Positions 10,461 to 20,817 of a DNA stretch of 58,982 nucleotides are shown in pieces. Source of the stretch: an uncultured Gammaproteobacteria bacterium (lineage in GTDB: Bacteria > Pseudomonadota > Gammaproteobacteria > Steroidobacterales > Rariloculaceae); the NCBI GenBank assembly GCA_964466315.1, contig CAYXNS010000001.1:81111-140092 (forward strand). Direction: 5' to 3'. The notes under the pieces were generated by a model. That model had not been told where the DNA came from. It did no database searches and saw only the letters and a list, made by a program, of their open reading frames with translations. The translations under genes and the position numbers were made by a program. The stretch's first letter is position 1. Each line of letters begins with the position of its first letter.

Positions 10461-11491
10461 GCACGCAACTCCTGGCCGAACGCTTGCAGCCGTTGCAGGA
10501 ACTCCGCGCCACTGCCGTCGATCAGGGTCTGGCGGGCACGTTCAACTGCTTTCTCGGCATCGGGTTCGGTCCCGGTCACCTCGAGCGCCAGGGCGGCGCC
10601 AAGTATCAATGCATCGCGATGCCCCGCCGTGTCCTCGCCCCGGAGCGCCGCCGCGAGTCTCGCGCTGTTCTCCTCCGCTTTGCCGCCGAGAAGCGCTTTG
10701 GCGCTGCATCTCGCGAGCCCGACGTCGGCGGGATCGCGGATACTTCGCTGCACGATACCGGGCCGGACGTCGAAACAGAGAAACGGCCCTACCGGTGTCG
10801 CCTCATCCCAGCCCGGCGCCCCATGAACGACGAAGCTGCGCTCGGCATCCATCCCGGACAGCGTCTGCGCCATGAGTTCGGCTATGTCCGCGCTGAAGGC
10901 GCCGATCACATGAAACGGTGGTGAAGCCGGGTTGGCGAGCGGCCCGAGAATATTAAACACAGTGCGTACGCCGAGAGCGCCGCGCACGGGGCCGATACTC
11001 TTCATCGCCGGGTGGTAATGGGGCGCGAATAGAAAGGTGAACCCCAGCGCTGCGAGACTCAGGCCGGCCTGGTTCTCGTCGAGCGGTACGGGTAGACCCA
11101 GCGCTTCGAGCGCGTCCGCACTTCCCGAGCGACTCGAGATCGAACGATTGCCGTGCTTGACGACAGGTAGCCCGGACGCCGCAGCCAGGAGCGCACTTCC
11201 CGTCGACAGGTTCAGGCTGCCCGAGGCGTCGCCCCCCGTGCCGACGATGTCGACGTAGCGGCCGCCAGCCGGAATATCGGGGTGTCGCGCTAGCTCGCGC
11301 ATCGCCTGGGCGAAGCCGCGGATCTCGCTGGCGACTTCACCTTTACATCGGAGCGCGATCAGAAGCCCTCCGGCCAGGGCTGGCGCGAGATCGTCCTCAG
11401 CCATCGACCGTAGAATCCAGGCAGCCTCCACCTCGCTTAGATCGGCTCCCGCCAGTACCTGCTCGAGCAATTCAACCGCATCGGCACTCAT
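10457..11491 (-). CDS. trpD: Anthranilate phosphoribosyltransferase
   Basis: DIVGTGGD, NLSTG, KHGNRSISSRSGSAD, RTVFNILGPL. Confidence 0.96.
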   Translation of the reverse strand: MSADAVELLEQVLAGADLSEVEAAWILRSMAEDDLAPALAGGLLIALRCKGEVASEIRGFAQAMRELARHPDIPAGGRYVDIVGTGGDASGSLNLSTGSALLAAASGLPVVKHGNRSISSRSGSADALEALGLPVPLDENQAGLSLAALGFTFLFAPHYHPAMKSIGPVRGALGVRTVFNILGPLANPASPPFHVIGAFSADIAELMAQTLSGMDAERSFVVHGAPGWDEATPVGPFLCFDVRPGIVQRSIRDPADVGLARCSAKALLGGKAEENSARLAAALRGEDTAGHRDALILGAALALEVTGTEPDAEKAVERARQTLIDGSGAEFLQRLQAFGQELRA

Positions 11492-11511
11492 GGTTCAGCT
11501 CCTCGCTTATT

Positions 11512-12099
11512 TCAGCCGCCCGCCCGCTCGGGATAGAGAAAATTCTCGAGCAGGCTAGGGCCGTCCGGCGTCAGCACACTTTCGGGGTGAAACTGGACAC
11601 CTTCTATCGGTAAGTTCTTGTGGCGTACACCCATAATCTCATTGACGTCCGTCGTCGCCGAGACTTGGAGGTCGCCCGGAACGTTCAGCCGATTGGCGGC
11701 CAGAGAGTGATAACGACCCGCCAGAAAGGGATTCGGCAGATCCCGGTAGAGGGTATAGCCGTCATGCTCTACCTGGGAAGTCTTACCGTGCATGAGCACG
11801 CCGGCCGCCACGATGTCGCCGCCGAAGTGCTGCACGATGCATTGATGTCCGAGACAGACGCCCAGCATAGGAATCCTTCCCGCAAACGCCTCGATCATCG
11901 CGAGCGACTGTCCGGCATCCTCGGGGCGGCCGGGGCCCGGCGAGATGACGAGGTGAGTCGGATCGAGCTCGAGCGCCTCGTCGACGTTCAGCGCATCGTT
12001 GCGGTGCACGACGACCTCCGCCTGGAGTACGAGGAAGGCCTGTACCAGGTTGTAGGTGAACGAGTCGTAGTTATCGATCAACAGGAGGCGCGTGCTCAT
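11512..12099 (-). CDS. trpG: Anthranilate synthase component II (glutamine amidotransferase)
   Basis: [34 protein letters not shown]. Confidence 0.96.
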   Translation of the reverse strand: MSTRLLLIDNYDSFTYNLVQAFLVLQAEVVVHRNDALNVDEALELDPTHLVISPGPGRPEDAGQSLAMIEAFAGRIPMLGVCLGHQCIVQHFGGDIVAAGVLMHGKTSQVEHDGYTLYRDLPNPFLAGRYHSLAANRLNVPGDLQVSATTDVNEIMGVRHKNLPIEGVQFHPESVLTPDGPSLLENFLYPERAGG

Positions 12100-13481
12100 A
12101 ATCCCTCCTCCGCGATCTCCAGGGCGCGCTGCAGGATCGCGCTCTTCGCCAGCACTTCCTCATATTCGCGCTCGGGGTCGCTGTCGGCGACGATACCGGC
12201 TCCGGCCTGAAAGCTATACTCGTCACCATTGAAAACCATCGTACGGATAGTAATGGCCTGATCCATGTTGCCGCTATTCGCGAAGTAACCAACCGTGCCG
12301 CCGTAAAGCCCTCGTGCGACCGGCTCCAGTCCGGCAATGAGCTCCATCGCCCTCACTTTCGGCGCACCCACGAGTGTGCCGGCGGGAAAAGTCGCAGCGA
12401 AAAGATCAGCCGCATCCTTGTCAGGAACGGTTTCGCCGAGCACACCGCTCACGATGTGCATGACGTGACTGTAGCGCTCGATCTTGCGATACGGATCTAC
12501 ATGTACCGATCCGGCCAAAGCTACCCGGCCGAGGTCGTTACGCGCGAGGTCAACGAGCATGACGTGCTCCGCGTTCTCCTTCGGGTCCGCGAGCAACTCC
12601 TGCTCAAGCGCGAGGTCCTCATCGCCGGTCTGCCCACGTGGCCGGGTACCGGCAATCGGGCACAGCGACGCGGCACGGCCGTCGAGACGCACGAGCGCTT
12701 CGGGCGAGGAACCGGCGACCGTGATGTCGCCGACTTCGAGAAAGTACATATACGGCGAAGGATTTAGCAATCGCAGCGCACGGTAACACTGGAACGGATC
12801 TAGATCCGTGTTGCCGCTAAAGCGCACCGACAGCACAATCTGATAGATATCTCCGGCCGTGATATGCACCTTGGCTCGTTCCACGGCCTCCATGAATTCC
12901 TCCCGGGTCAGACTGCCGATGGCTGCGGAGAAACTACCCTTCGGGGTACTGTCCTCGATACCGCTGCGCAACGCTTGGATGACCGAATCTCTGAGTGTCA
13001 GGCGTTCGACCTCACTGCCCGAATGGAGTAATGCGACACAGCGCGTCAGATGATCGAATATCAGCAGGGATTCGGGCGCTACGTATGCCGCCTGCGGCAG
13101 CCCGTCGAGTTCCGATCGATTCGGTGGCAGGCGCTCGAAGTACCGCACGATGTCGTAGCCTGCGGCGCCGACGAGGCCGCCCGCGAACGGCATGCCATCG
13201 ATCGCTGGACAGAGAGCGGGACTGGCCGCGAGCGCGCCACGCAGCGTTTCGAGCCAACCGGCGCCATCTGTGGGCCTTGCCAGAGTCTCGCCGTTGATGC
13301 GCAGCGCGTCAGGGAAGAGCTCCAGCGTCAATCGCTGACCGAGCCCGAGGAACGAATAGCGGGCGAGGCGCTCACCGCCCTCGACGCTCTCGAGCAAAAA
13401 ACACGGCTTGAACGGCTTGAGTTTGATATAGGCAGAAACCGGCGTATCCAGGTCGGCTGCGATGTCGAACGGCGCTTTCAT
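12096..13481 (-). CDS. trpE: Anthranilate synthase component I
   Basis: LLES and NPSPYM motifs, [36 protein letters not shown]. Confidence 0.96.
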   Translation of the reverse strand: MKAPFDIAADLDTPVSAYIKLKPFKPCFLLESVEGGERLARYSFLGLGQRLTLELFPDALRINGETLARPTDGAGWLETLRGALAASPALCPAIDGMPFAGGLVGAAGYDIVRYFERLPPNRSELDGLPQAAYVAPESLLIFDHLTRCVALLHSGSEVERLTLRDSVIQALRSGIEDSTPKGSFSAAIGSLTREEFMEAVERAKVHITAGDIYQIVLSVRFSGNTDLDPFQCYRALRLLNPSPYMYFLEVGDITVAGSSPEALVRLDGRAASLCPIAGTRPRGQTGDEDLALEQELLADPKENAEHVMLVDLARNDLGRVALAGSVHVDPYRKIERYSHVMHIVSGVLGETVPDKDAADLFAATFPAGTLVGAPKVRAMELIAGLEPVARGLYGGTVGYFANSGNMDQAITIRTMVFNGDEYSFQAGAGIVADSDPEREYEEVLAKSAILQRALEIAEEGL

Positions 13482-13509
13482 GATCGAAAAATCTCAAAGT
13501 TGCGGATAT

Positions 13510-13545
13510 AAAAAAACCCATCTCCGACGCTGCGGAGATGGGTTT
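13510..13545 (-). terminator. trp attenuator terminator hairpin
   Basis: Minus strand AAACCCATCTCCG-CAGCGT-CGGAGATGGGTTTTTTT: long perfect stem followed by a U7 tract, 28 nt before the trpE start. Confidence 0.92.
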
Positions 13546-13572
13546 GCCTTATTCGAGTCGGACTCGTTGGTT

Positions 13573-13653
13573 TTAGGCGCGTAGGACCCTCTCCGCTGGG
13601 GACACGCGCCACCAGCGGTCTGTACGGGAATGCGTGCTCGTAGATCGGTCCAT
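13573..13653 (-). CDS. trpL: trp operon leader peptide (26 aa, tandem Trp)
   Basis: ATG at 13653: MDRSTSTHSRTDRWWRVSPAERVLRA*; TGG TGG at 13614-13609; lies upstream of the terminator and trpE. Confidence 0.87.
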   Translation of the reverse strand: MDRSTSTHSRTDRWWRVSPAERVLRA

Positions 13654-13661
13654 GGGGCGAG

Positions 13662-13691
13662 AGTATGTCCTCGCGGGCTCTCGGGGGTCAA
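13662..13691 (-). promoter_or_regulatory. Putative sigma70 promoter of the trp operon
   Basis: TTGACC (13691-13686), 18 nt spacer, CATACT (13667-13662), 8 nt, then the leader ATG. Confidence 0.6.
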
Positions 13692-13712
13692 GTTCGGTGC
13701 GGCCGAAATGCG

Positions 13713-15545
13713 TCAGATGTCGTAGATGATGGGTAATACGATCGAGAATCCGAGCCACATCAGGAGGGCCAGCGGCACGCCGGCGCGCATGAAGTCCGAG
13801 AACTTGTAACCGCCGGCCGAGAGCAGCAGCAGATTCGTCTGGTACCCGTAAGGTGTCGCGTAGCTCATATTGGCGCCAAAGATCACGGCCAGGATGAACG
13901 GCTCGGCCGGCGAATTCAGCTCCATGGCCATCTGGATGGCGATCGGGGTGCCGATGATGCCTGCCGCCGCATTCGAGACTACGTTAGTCAGGATCATCAT
14001 GACCAGGATCAACGAACTCAGTATGAAAGGCGTAGGCAGCAGTCTGACCCCTTCGACGAACGCCTGGGCGATATACAAAGCGCCACCGGTCGCTGTCATT
14101 GCGAGCCCGAGCGCGAGGCTCGCCACGATAATCATGATGACCTGCGGCGAGAGTGAGCCGGCGGCGTCTTCCCAAGTCAGACATTGGGTTGCGAGCATTG
14201 CGCCGACACCGACAACGGCGCTAACGGAAATCGGCAAGAGCCCCGTCGCCGCTGCCAGGACAACGAGGATCATGATCAGGAGTGCCCGGTCGGAACGATG
14301 TGTCCGCGGGAGATCGGTAGTGCCGTCCAGGACGAGTGCGTTGCCTGAGCGTTTGAGCTTCTCGAGTTGAGTATCCGCGCCCTGGACCAGCACTACATCG
14401 CCGTTGCGCAGATGCGTGGAGCCTATGTTGCCACTGACCTCCTCGATGCCGGGCTCGCGGGCACGGTGTAAGGCGAGTGGTAGTAGCCCGGTACGCTGCG
14501 TGAACCGCGTGCCTGCGAGACTTGCACGGTGTAGGAGCGATCCGCGTGTCACGACGATCTCGGCAAGATGTTGTTGATCCTTGATCGTTCCGACCTCGCC
14601 CGTGATCTCAGTCGCGCGCGGGTCGCTATGCAGTGTGGCGCCGAGCTGTTTCTCGAACTGCTTCAGGCGTTCCGGTGTGTCTCGGACCGCGAGTCGATCG
14701 CCGGCCAGGATTCTTACTGAGGGTAGTTTCGTGACGAACAGCCCTTCGCCGCGCTCGATGCGATCGACGCGCATCTCGTTGTCGGTCAGCGCGAGGCCTT
14801 CGGCGAAAGTCAGTCCACAGGCCACACTGGCATCATTGATATGCAACAGCGCGTTAAAAACACGTGGTGAACGATCCGCAAGCGGTTGCTTACGTTCGGG
14901 AAGAAGCCTGGGGGCGATGAGCCACAGATACAGCAGACCCGCGACGCCGACCAACAATACGGGCATTGTGAAGGCAAACATCCCGAACGGCTCGAGGCCT
15001 TGCTCGGCCGCGATTCCTACAACCAGTAGGTTGGTGGACGTGCCGATCGTCGTGGCCATGCCGCCGATCAGCGTGGCAAAGCCCACGGGCATGAGGATGG
15101 ATGACGGCGCGAGCTTATTTCTGACCGCGACGCCGATCAGCATCGGTAGTAGCATGATGACGATCGGCGTGTTATTGACGAATGCGCTCAATATCGCTGC
15201 TATGATGAGCGTGATCAGGCTGGCGAGCTTGGGTCTAGCCGTCCAGGCCTTGGCCAGAGAGACGGCGAGCGGCTGTAACGCGCCCGTCGCCTCGAGGCCT
15301 TTGCCCATGATCATGAGCGCACAGATCGTGATCAACGCTTCGTTACCAAAGCCGGCAAGAAATGAGGTCGGCGCGAGGCGTTCGCCGTTCGCCTCGTAGG
15401 GGAATAACTGAAAGCTCACGACGAGAATAACGAGTATTGCGAGGCCGGAGGCCTCCAGCGGCAGCCGGTCGCGCGTGAACAGATACAGCGCTAGCGGTGT
15501 CAGCAGCAAAACAAAAATGCCGTGGGCGTCCGGTAGGATGGGCAC
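13713..15545 (-). CDS. SLC13/CitT-family permease with TrkA-C domains
   Basis: SAFVNNTP, GGMATTIGTSTNL, soluble central region, SYATPYGYQTNL, GGYKFSDF. Confidence 0.9.
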   Translation of the reverse strand: MPILPDAHGIFVLLLTPLALYLFTRDRLPLEASGLAILVILVVSFQLFPYEANGERLAPTSFLAGFGNEALITICALMIMGKGLEATGALQPLAVSLAKAWTARPKLASLITLIIAAILSAFVNNTPIVIMLLPMLIGVAVRNKLAPSSILMPVGFATLIGGMATTIGTSTNLLVVGIAAEQGLEPFGMFAFTMPVLLVGVAGLLYLWLIAPRLLPERKQPLADRSPRVFNALLHINDASVACGLTFAEGLALTDNEMRVDRIERGEGLFVTKLPSVRILAGDRLAVRDTPERLKQFEKQLGATLHSDPRATEITGEVGTIKDQQHLAEIVVTRGSLLHRASLAGTRFTQRTGLLPLALHRAREPGIEEVSGNIGSTHLRNGDVVLVQGADTQLEKLKRSGNALVLDGTTDLPRTHRSDRALLIMILVVLAAATGLLPISVSAVVGVGAMLATQCLTWEDAAGSLSPQVIMIIVASLALGLAMTATGGALYIAQAFVEGVRLLPTPFILSSLILVMMILTNVVSNAAAGIIGTPIAIQMAMELNSPAEPFILAVIFGANMSYATPYGYQTNLLLLSAGGYKFSDFMRAGVPLALLMWLGFSIVLPIIYDI

Positions 15546-15627
15546 AGATTACTTCTTGGTTTATGGCCTGACTCCCTAATACCATGCTTGTGGACCCATC
15601 GCCAACTTCTGATATCCACTAATAACC

Positions 15628-17460
15628 GTGAATCATTCTCCGAAACCGCCGATCGGGCTCGAGAACTATCTCGGTGTCTATCGTTACAGCCGTCGCGCGG
15701 TCGACCTCGTATGGAGCACGCATAGGGGGCTGACCATTGCGCTCGCACTACTCACGATCACGGCCGGGCTCCTGCCGGCCGGTGTCGCCTACGTCGGAAA
15801 ACTCATAATCGACGCCGTGGTTGCTGCGATTGTCGTGGTTCAGTCGGGTGTTGCGCCCGCTTACTCAGAAGTCCTGGTATTCGTGGCCATCGAGGGTGTG
15901 CTCGTCGCCGCCATCGCCGCAGTCCAGCGCGGCATCGGCTTCTGCCAGACGCTGCTCCGGGTGTTGTTGAGCCAGCGGGTTAATATATTGATTCTCGAGA
16001 AAGCACTGACGCTCGAGCTCGCCCAGTTTGAGGACTCCGAGTTCTACGATAAACTCAACCGGGCGCGGCAGGAAGCCTCGAGCCGCCCTCTGAGCCTGGT
16101 CAATCGGACATTTGGCCTTGCCCAGCACGGCGTGTCCCTGGTGAGCTATGCGGTGTTATTGCTGCAGTTCTCGCCATGGGCCGTGTGCATACTGGTACTC
16201 GCGGGGATTCCCGCATTCGTCGCGGAGACCCACTTCTCCGGAAGTCGCTTTCGAATTTTCCGCCATCGCTCCCCGGATCGGCGCAAGCTCATGTATCTCG
16301 AGATGGTCCTGGCACGTGAAGATCACGCGAAAGAAGTCCAGATGTTCCAGCTCGGGCCCGAACTGCTCAAGCGCTACCGGGACATCTTCAAGCTGTTGTT
16401 CGATGAGGAGCGCGACCTCACGATTCGCCGCGATTCGTGGGGCTTGGGGCTGGGGCTCCTGACCAATCTCGCGTTTTACGGCGCGTATGCGTGGATCGCT
16501 GTCGCAACGATCCAGGGGGCTATCACGCTCGGCCAGATGACGATGTATCTTCTAGTATTCAAGCAGGGTCAGTCTTCTGTATCGTCGATGCTGAGCGCTA
16601 TCGGCGGAATGTACGAGGATAACCTCTATCTCTCGAATCTATACGATTACCTTGAGCAACCGACGCCCGTAAGGCATCGCGTCGAGCTGCTCGGGCCTGA
16701 ACCACGAGCCGGCCTTGTCTTCGAAGGCGTGACCTTCACTTACCCGGGTGCAAGCCATGCGGCACTGCAGGGCATCGATCTCGAGATAAAGCACGGGCAG
16801 AGTGTCGGCATCGTCGGCCGCAACGGTTCGGGCAAGACCACGCTGATCAAATTGCTCGCCGGGCTGTACGAGCCCGATGCCGGCTATATCGGTTACCAGG
16901 GCCTGGATCTAACTGCGTGGGATCCGGACGCACTGCGCCGCTCAATCGGTGTCATATTTCAGGACTTCAACCGCTATCAGCTCCAGGTCGGCGAGAACAT
17001 CGGTGTCGGCGATGCCACCGAGCTTTTGAATGAAGAGCGCTGGATCGAGGCCGCCGAGATGGGCCGGGCGGCCGAATTCATCGACCGGCTTCCGGCAGGT
17101 TATGCCACGCAACTCGGACGCTGGTTTCATGCGGGTCAAGAGCTCTCAGGTGGGCAGTGGCAGCGAATCGCCCTGGCGCGGGCTTTCATGCGCAGCGCGG
17201 CGAATATTCTCGTCCTCGACGAGCCCACGGCATCGATGGATTCGGAGACCGAGGCCGAGATCTTCGAACACTTTCGCTCGCTAACGGAAGACAAGATCGC
17301 GATCCTTATCTCGCACCGGTTTTCCACGGTCCGACGCGCCGACCTGATCGTCGTCATGGATGAAGGGCGGATCGTCGAGCGCGGTAATCATGAGGAACTC
17401 GTCGCGCTCGGGGGCCGGTATGCACGGCTCTTCGAACTCCAAGCCCGTGGTTATCGCTGA
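15628..17460 (+). CDS. ABC exporter, fused permease/ATP-binding protein
   Basis: N-terminal TM domain; GRNGSGKT, LSGGQWQRIALAR, ILVLDEPT, ISHR. Confidence 0.93.
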   Translation: MNHSPKPPIGLENYLGVYRYSRRAVDLVWSTHRGLTIALALLTITAGLLPAGVAYVGKLIIDAVVAAIVVVQSGVAPAYSEVLVFVAIEGVLVAAIAAVQRGIGFCQTLLRVLLSQRVNILILEKALTLELAQFEDSEFYDKLNRARQEASSRPLSLVNRTFGLAQHGVSLVSYAVLLLQFSPWAVCILVLAGIPAFVAETHFSGSRFRIFRHRSPDRRKLMYLEMVLAREDHAKEVQMFQLGPELLKRYRDIFKLLFDEERDLTIRRDSWGLGLGLLTNLAFYGAYAWIAVATIQGAITLGQMTMYLLVFKQGQSSVSSMLSAIGGMYEDNLYLSNLYDYLEQPTPVRHRVELLGPEPRAGLVFEGVTFTYPGASHAALQGIDLEIKHGQSVGIVGRNGSGKTTLIKLLAGLYEPDAGYIGYQGLDLTAWDPDALRRSIGVIFQDFNRYQLQVGENIGVGDATELLNEERWIEAAEMGRAAEFIDRLPAGYATQLGRWFHAGQELSGGQWQRIALARAFMRSAANILVLDEPTASMDSETEAEIFEHFRSLTEDKIAILISHRFSTVRRADLIVVMDEGRIVERGNHEELVALGGRYARLFELQARGYR

Positions 17461-17525
17461 GCCTCCAAACCGCGTATAGCGCTACCGCCTAAGGTACAAT
17501 CCGACTCCGCCCAGGCGTATGTCGC

Positions 17526-20267
17526 ATGTCCACTCCCGCACCAGAATCCGTCCCTCGCGCCGACATCTTCTTCGCCGAGAAGGACAAAGCGCTGCGTGAC
17601 GATGTTCATCGTCTGGGTGGACTCGTCGGCGAACTGGTTAAGGATCAGGGCGGGGAAGCGCTGTTCGATCTCGTCGAGGCAGCCCGCTGCGCGTCTATCG
17701 CACAACGCGAGGGCGATACCAACGCACATCAAGAGCTGAGGACACTTCTTGCCGCGCTCACGCCACGTACCGCCAAGGACTTCATTCGTGCCTTTTCGAC
17801 CTATTTTCAGATGGTCAATATGGCGGAAAAGGTGCACCGGATACGCCGGCGCCGGGCTTATCTGCGGGATGCTGAAACGCCACAGCCGCTCGGGTTCGCA
17901 GATACGCTAAGCCGGCTCAAGGAAGCGGGCGTCGATGCGGCGTCGATCGAGAGCGTACTGAATACCGTCTCGGTCGAGCCGGTGTTCACGGCGCATCCGA
18001 CCGAGGCTACGCGACGCACGCTTCTAAGAAAGCAACAGAATGTCGCGCGACACCTCGTGGAAATGCTCGATCCGTATATGACGCCTCAGGAGGAGCGAGC
18101 CACGCTCGGGCGCATCAAAATGGAGATGACGACGGGGTGGCAGACCGAAGAGCACCCCGATACGCAAGTCAGAGTCAGCGATGAAGCGGAGCACGTCCTG
18201 TTCTTCCTGACCGACGTCCTCTATCGGATGATTCCTCCGTTCTACGAAGGTCTCGAGGAAGCATTGAATACCATCTATCCGGAGCACGGTAGTCGTATCC
18301 ACCCGTCCACCGTGGTCCGTTTTGGATCCTGGGTTGGCGGCGACATGGATGGCAACCCGAACGTCACCGCCAAGAGCCTCCGTGAATCATTGTCGCGGCA
18401 AAGGGCGCTGGTACTCGACTTGTATTACAACGAATGTCTGACACTCGCGAGACAACTAAGCCAGAGCGAGAGCAGAATTGAGTTCAACGAGGAAATTAGC
18501 AAACGCAGCACGCTATACGCTGGGCATTTCCCGAAGGCCGCGCATTCCGTCCCGGCCAGACACCGACACATGCCCTACCGGGGCTTTCTGCGGCTCGTGG
18601 CCGCGCGCTTGCAGGCGACCTACGACGATGCGGCTTTCCCCTACGAGTCGCCCGAGGAGTTCATCCAGGACATCGGGCTGGTTGCCGACAGCCTGCGGGC
18701 AAACAAGGGCCGTAACGCGGGGCTGTTCGGGATGTATCGACTCATGAGGCGTATCGAGACATTCGGCTTCCATATCGCCACCCTCGATATTCGGCAGAAC
18801 GCGTTGGTTCATCGTCGCGTCGTGGGTGAGGGTCTACAGGACGAACATTGGCTCGACCGTTCGTCCGAGGAGCGTACCGCGCGATTGCGGGGAGCGCTCA
18901 ACCGCCGCGAGTCGCCCGTGGGCAAGTTCTCTTCGGAGGGCCGCCGCACGCTCGCGGTGTTCCAGGCGATTGCGCATTGCCGGCGCAAGTATGGCGCACA
19001 GGCAATCGGCCCCTACATCGTCAGCATGGCACATGGCCCCGACGACGTGCTGTCGGTACTGCTCCTGGCCAAGTGGGGCGACCTGGGCCCGAAGGGCGGC
19101 TCGGTGCCGCTCGACGTAGTGCCGCTGTTCGAGACGGTCGAAGATCTACAGAACGCTTCATCGATCATGGCAGGCTTGCTCGCCGACAACAGTTATCGAG
19201 ATCATCTCGAGCGTCGGCAGTCTCATCAAATGGTCATGGTCGGGTATTCCGACAGCAACAAGGATGGTGGTCTCGCATCGGCTCGGTGGACACTGCGGCG
19301 CGCGCAGCAAGACCTCGTCGAGATCATGCGTGACCTAGGCGTGAAGCTGACGATCTTCCATGGTCGGGGCGGGACGATCAGTCGCGGCGGCGGGCGACTC
19401 CACGAGGCTGTGATGGCGGCCCCGGCTGGTGCCGTCGCCGGGCGCCTGCGAATGACAGAGCAGGGCGAGATGATCAACGCCAAGTACGGGTTGCGGGCGA
19501 TTGCGATGCGCTCGCTCGAACAGACGGTCAGTTCCGTACTGTTCGCATCGGCACAGGACCCCGTTCCCGACTCCTCGGAACCGCGCTGGTGTTCGATCAT
19601 GGACGAGCTATCCGGCGCGAGCCGCGACGTCTACAAACAGCTGATCTACGATCAGCCTGCCTTCTGGGAATACTTTCGCGGCGCCACGCCCATAGACGTC
19701 ATTGAGCGACTCGGTATCGGTTCGCGGCCGGTTTACCGTTCGGACAGCGCCAATATTCAAGACGTGAGAGCGATTCCCTGGGTATTCGCTTGGACGCAGA
19801 CGAGGCTGTTGCTGCCCGGCTGGTTTGGAGTCGGATCCGGGCTACAGCACGCGATTGAGCAGTTTGGTGAAGATACTATCCATGACATGCTGGAGAGCTG
19901 GAAATTCTTCCGGGTATTGCTTTCGGACGTCGAGATCGTGCTCGGCAAGACCGACATAGAAATCGCCGAGCGTTATTCAGAACTCGCCGGCCCGCTGCAC
20001 GAAAAGTTCTTTCCTATCATACGCGCCGAGTACGACCATTGCACCGAAATCATTCTCGCACTCCGCAGGCAAAAGATCCTCTTGGAGAATGAAGCTACGC
20101 TGCGCAGAGCAATTCGCTTGCGAAACCCCTACGTCGATCCGATGAGCCTGTTGCAGATCGATCTACTACGGCGTTGGCGAGAAGGCGGAAGCGCCGACGA
20201 CGCGATGTTGCAAGCGTTGATGGCCAGTATCAATGGGATCGCACACGGTATGCAAAATACGGGCTGA
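17526..20267 (+). CDS. ppc: Phosphoenolpyruvate carboxylase
   Basis: VFTAHPTE, SWVGGDMDGNP, VMVGYSDSNKDGG, FHGRGG, RAIPW, C-terminal GMQNTG. Confidence 0.98.
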   Translation: MSTPAPESVPRADIFFAEKDKALRDDVHRLGGLVGELVKDQGGEALFDLVEAARCASIAQREGDTNAHQELRTLLAALTPRTAKDFIRAFSTYFQMVNMAEKVHRIRRRRAYLRDAETPQPLGFADTLSRLKEAGVDAASIESVLNTVSVEPVFTAHPTEATRRTLLRKQQNVARHLVEMLDPYMTPQEERATLGRIKMEMTTGWQTEEHPDTQVRVSDEAEHVLFFLTDVLYRMIPPFYEGLEEALNTIYPEHGSRIHPSTVVRFGSWVGGDMDGNPNVTAKSLRESLSRQRALVLDLYYNECLTLARQLSQSESRIEFNEEISKRSTLYAGHFPKAAHSVPARHRHMPYRGFLRLVAARLQATYDDAAFPYESPEEFIQDIGLVADSLRANKGRNAGLFGMYRLMRRIETFGFHIATLDIRQNALVHRRVVGEGLQDEHWLDRSSEERTARLRGALNRRESPVGKFSSEGRRTLAVFQAIAHCRRKYGAQAIGPYIVSMAHGPDDVLSVLLLAKWGDLGPKGGSVPLDVVPLFETVEDLQNASSIMAGLLADNSYRDHLERRQSHQMVMVGYSDSNKDGGLASARWTLRRAQQDLVEIMRDLGVKLTIFHGRGGTISRGGGRLHEAVMAAPAGAVAGRLRMTEQGEMINAKYGLRAIAMRSLEQTVSSVLFASAQDPVPDSSEPRWCSIMDELSGASRDVYKQLIYDQPAFWEYFRGATPIDVIERLGIGSRPVYRSDSANIQDVRAIPWVFAWTQTRLLLPGWFGVGSGLQHAIEQFGEDTIHDMLESWKFFRVLLSDVEIVLGKTDIEIAERYSELAGPLHEKFFPIIRAEYDHCTEIILALRRQKILLENEATLRRAIRLRNPYVDPMSLLQIDLLRRWREGGSADDAMLQALMASINGIAHGMQNTG

Positions 20268-20272
20268 ATCGG

Positions 20273-20779
20273 TTAACGGCCTGCTTTGACTTTCGTCTTA
20301 CGCGGGGGCTTGAGCCACCGGATCACCCGATCCTCGACTTCGTCGCCGCCGAGCGCCGACTCTACTATCGCCCGGCCGCGTATAGAGATTCCGGCACGAT
20401 GAACGCTTTCCCGCGTCCCCGATACGAGTGGATGCCAGTCCGCCAGACCGCAGCCTTCGGCGAGGCGGCGATAAGCGCAGGTACCGGGCATCCACGCGAG
20501 ATCCGCGAGGTTTTTTAGCTCGAGCACGACACAGTCGGGAACATGTTCGAGACGCTCCGCATAGTTGGTATAGCGACAACTCGTCAGATCCAGAAGCCGG
20601 CAGGCGACGTTGGTATAATGCACGCTTCCTGTATCCTCGTCTTCGAACTTGTGCAGGCAGCAACGGCCGCAGCCGTCGCAGAGCGACTCCCATTCAGTGT
20701 GAGTTACCTCCTGAAGCGTCTTGTGCTCCCAGAAAGGTGCACCCGGATCCGGTCGGCGGTTCTTGGAGCGCTTCGGCAT
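20273..20779 (-). CDS. ycgN: YcgN-family cysteine cluster protein
   Basis: EWESLCDGCGRCCLHK, TNVAC, PDC, TCAYR, WHPL. Confidence 0.9.
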   Translation of the reverse strand: MPKRSKNRRPDPGAPFWEHKTLQEVTHTEWESLCDGCGRCCLHKFEDEDTGSVHYTNVACRLLDLTSCRYTNYAERLEHVPDCVVLELKNLADLAWMPGTCAYRRLAEGCGLADWHPLVSGTRESVHRAGISIRGRAIVESALGGDEVEDRVIRWLKPPRKTKVKAGR

Positions 20780-20817
20780 AGGGCCATAGTGTAAGCTGTT
20801 GCGCCGTGACGAAACGG

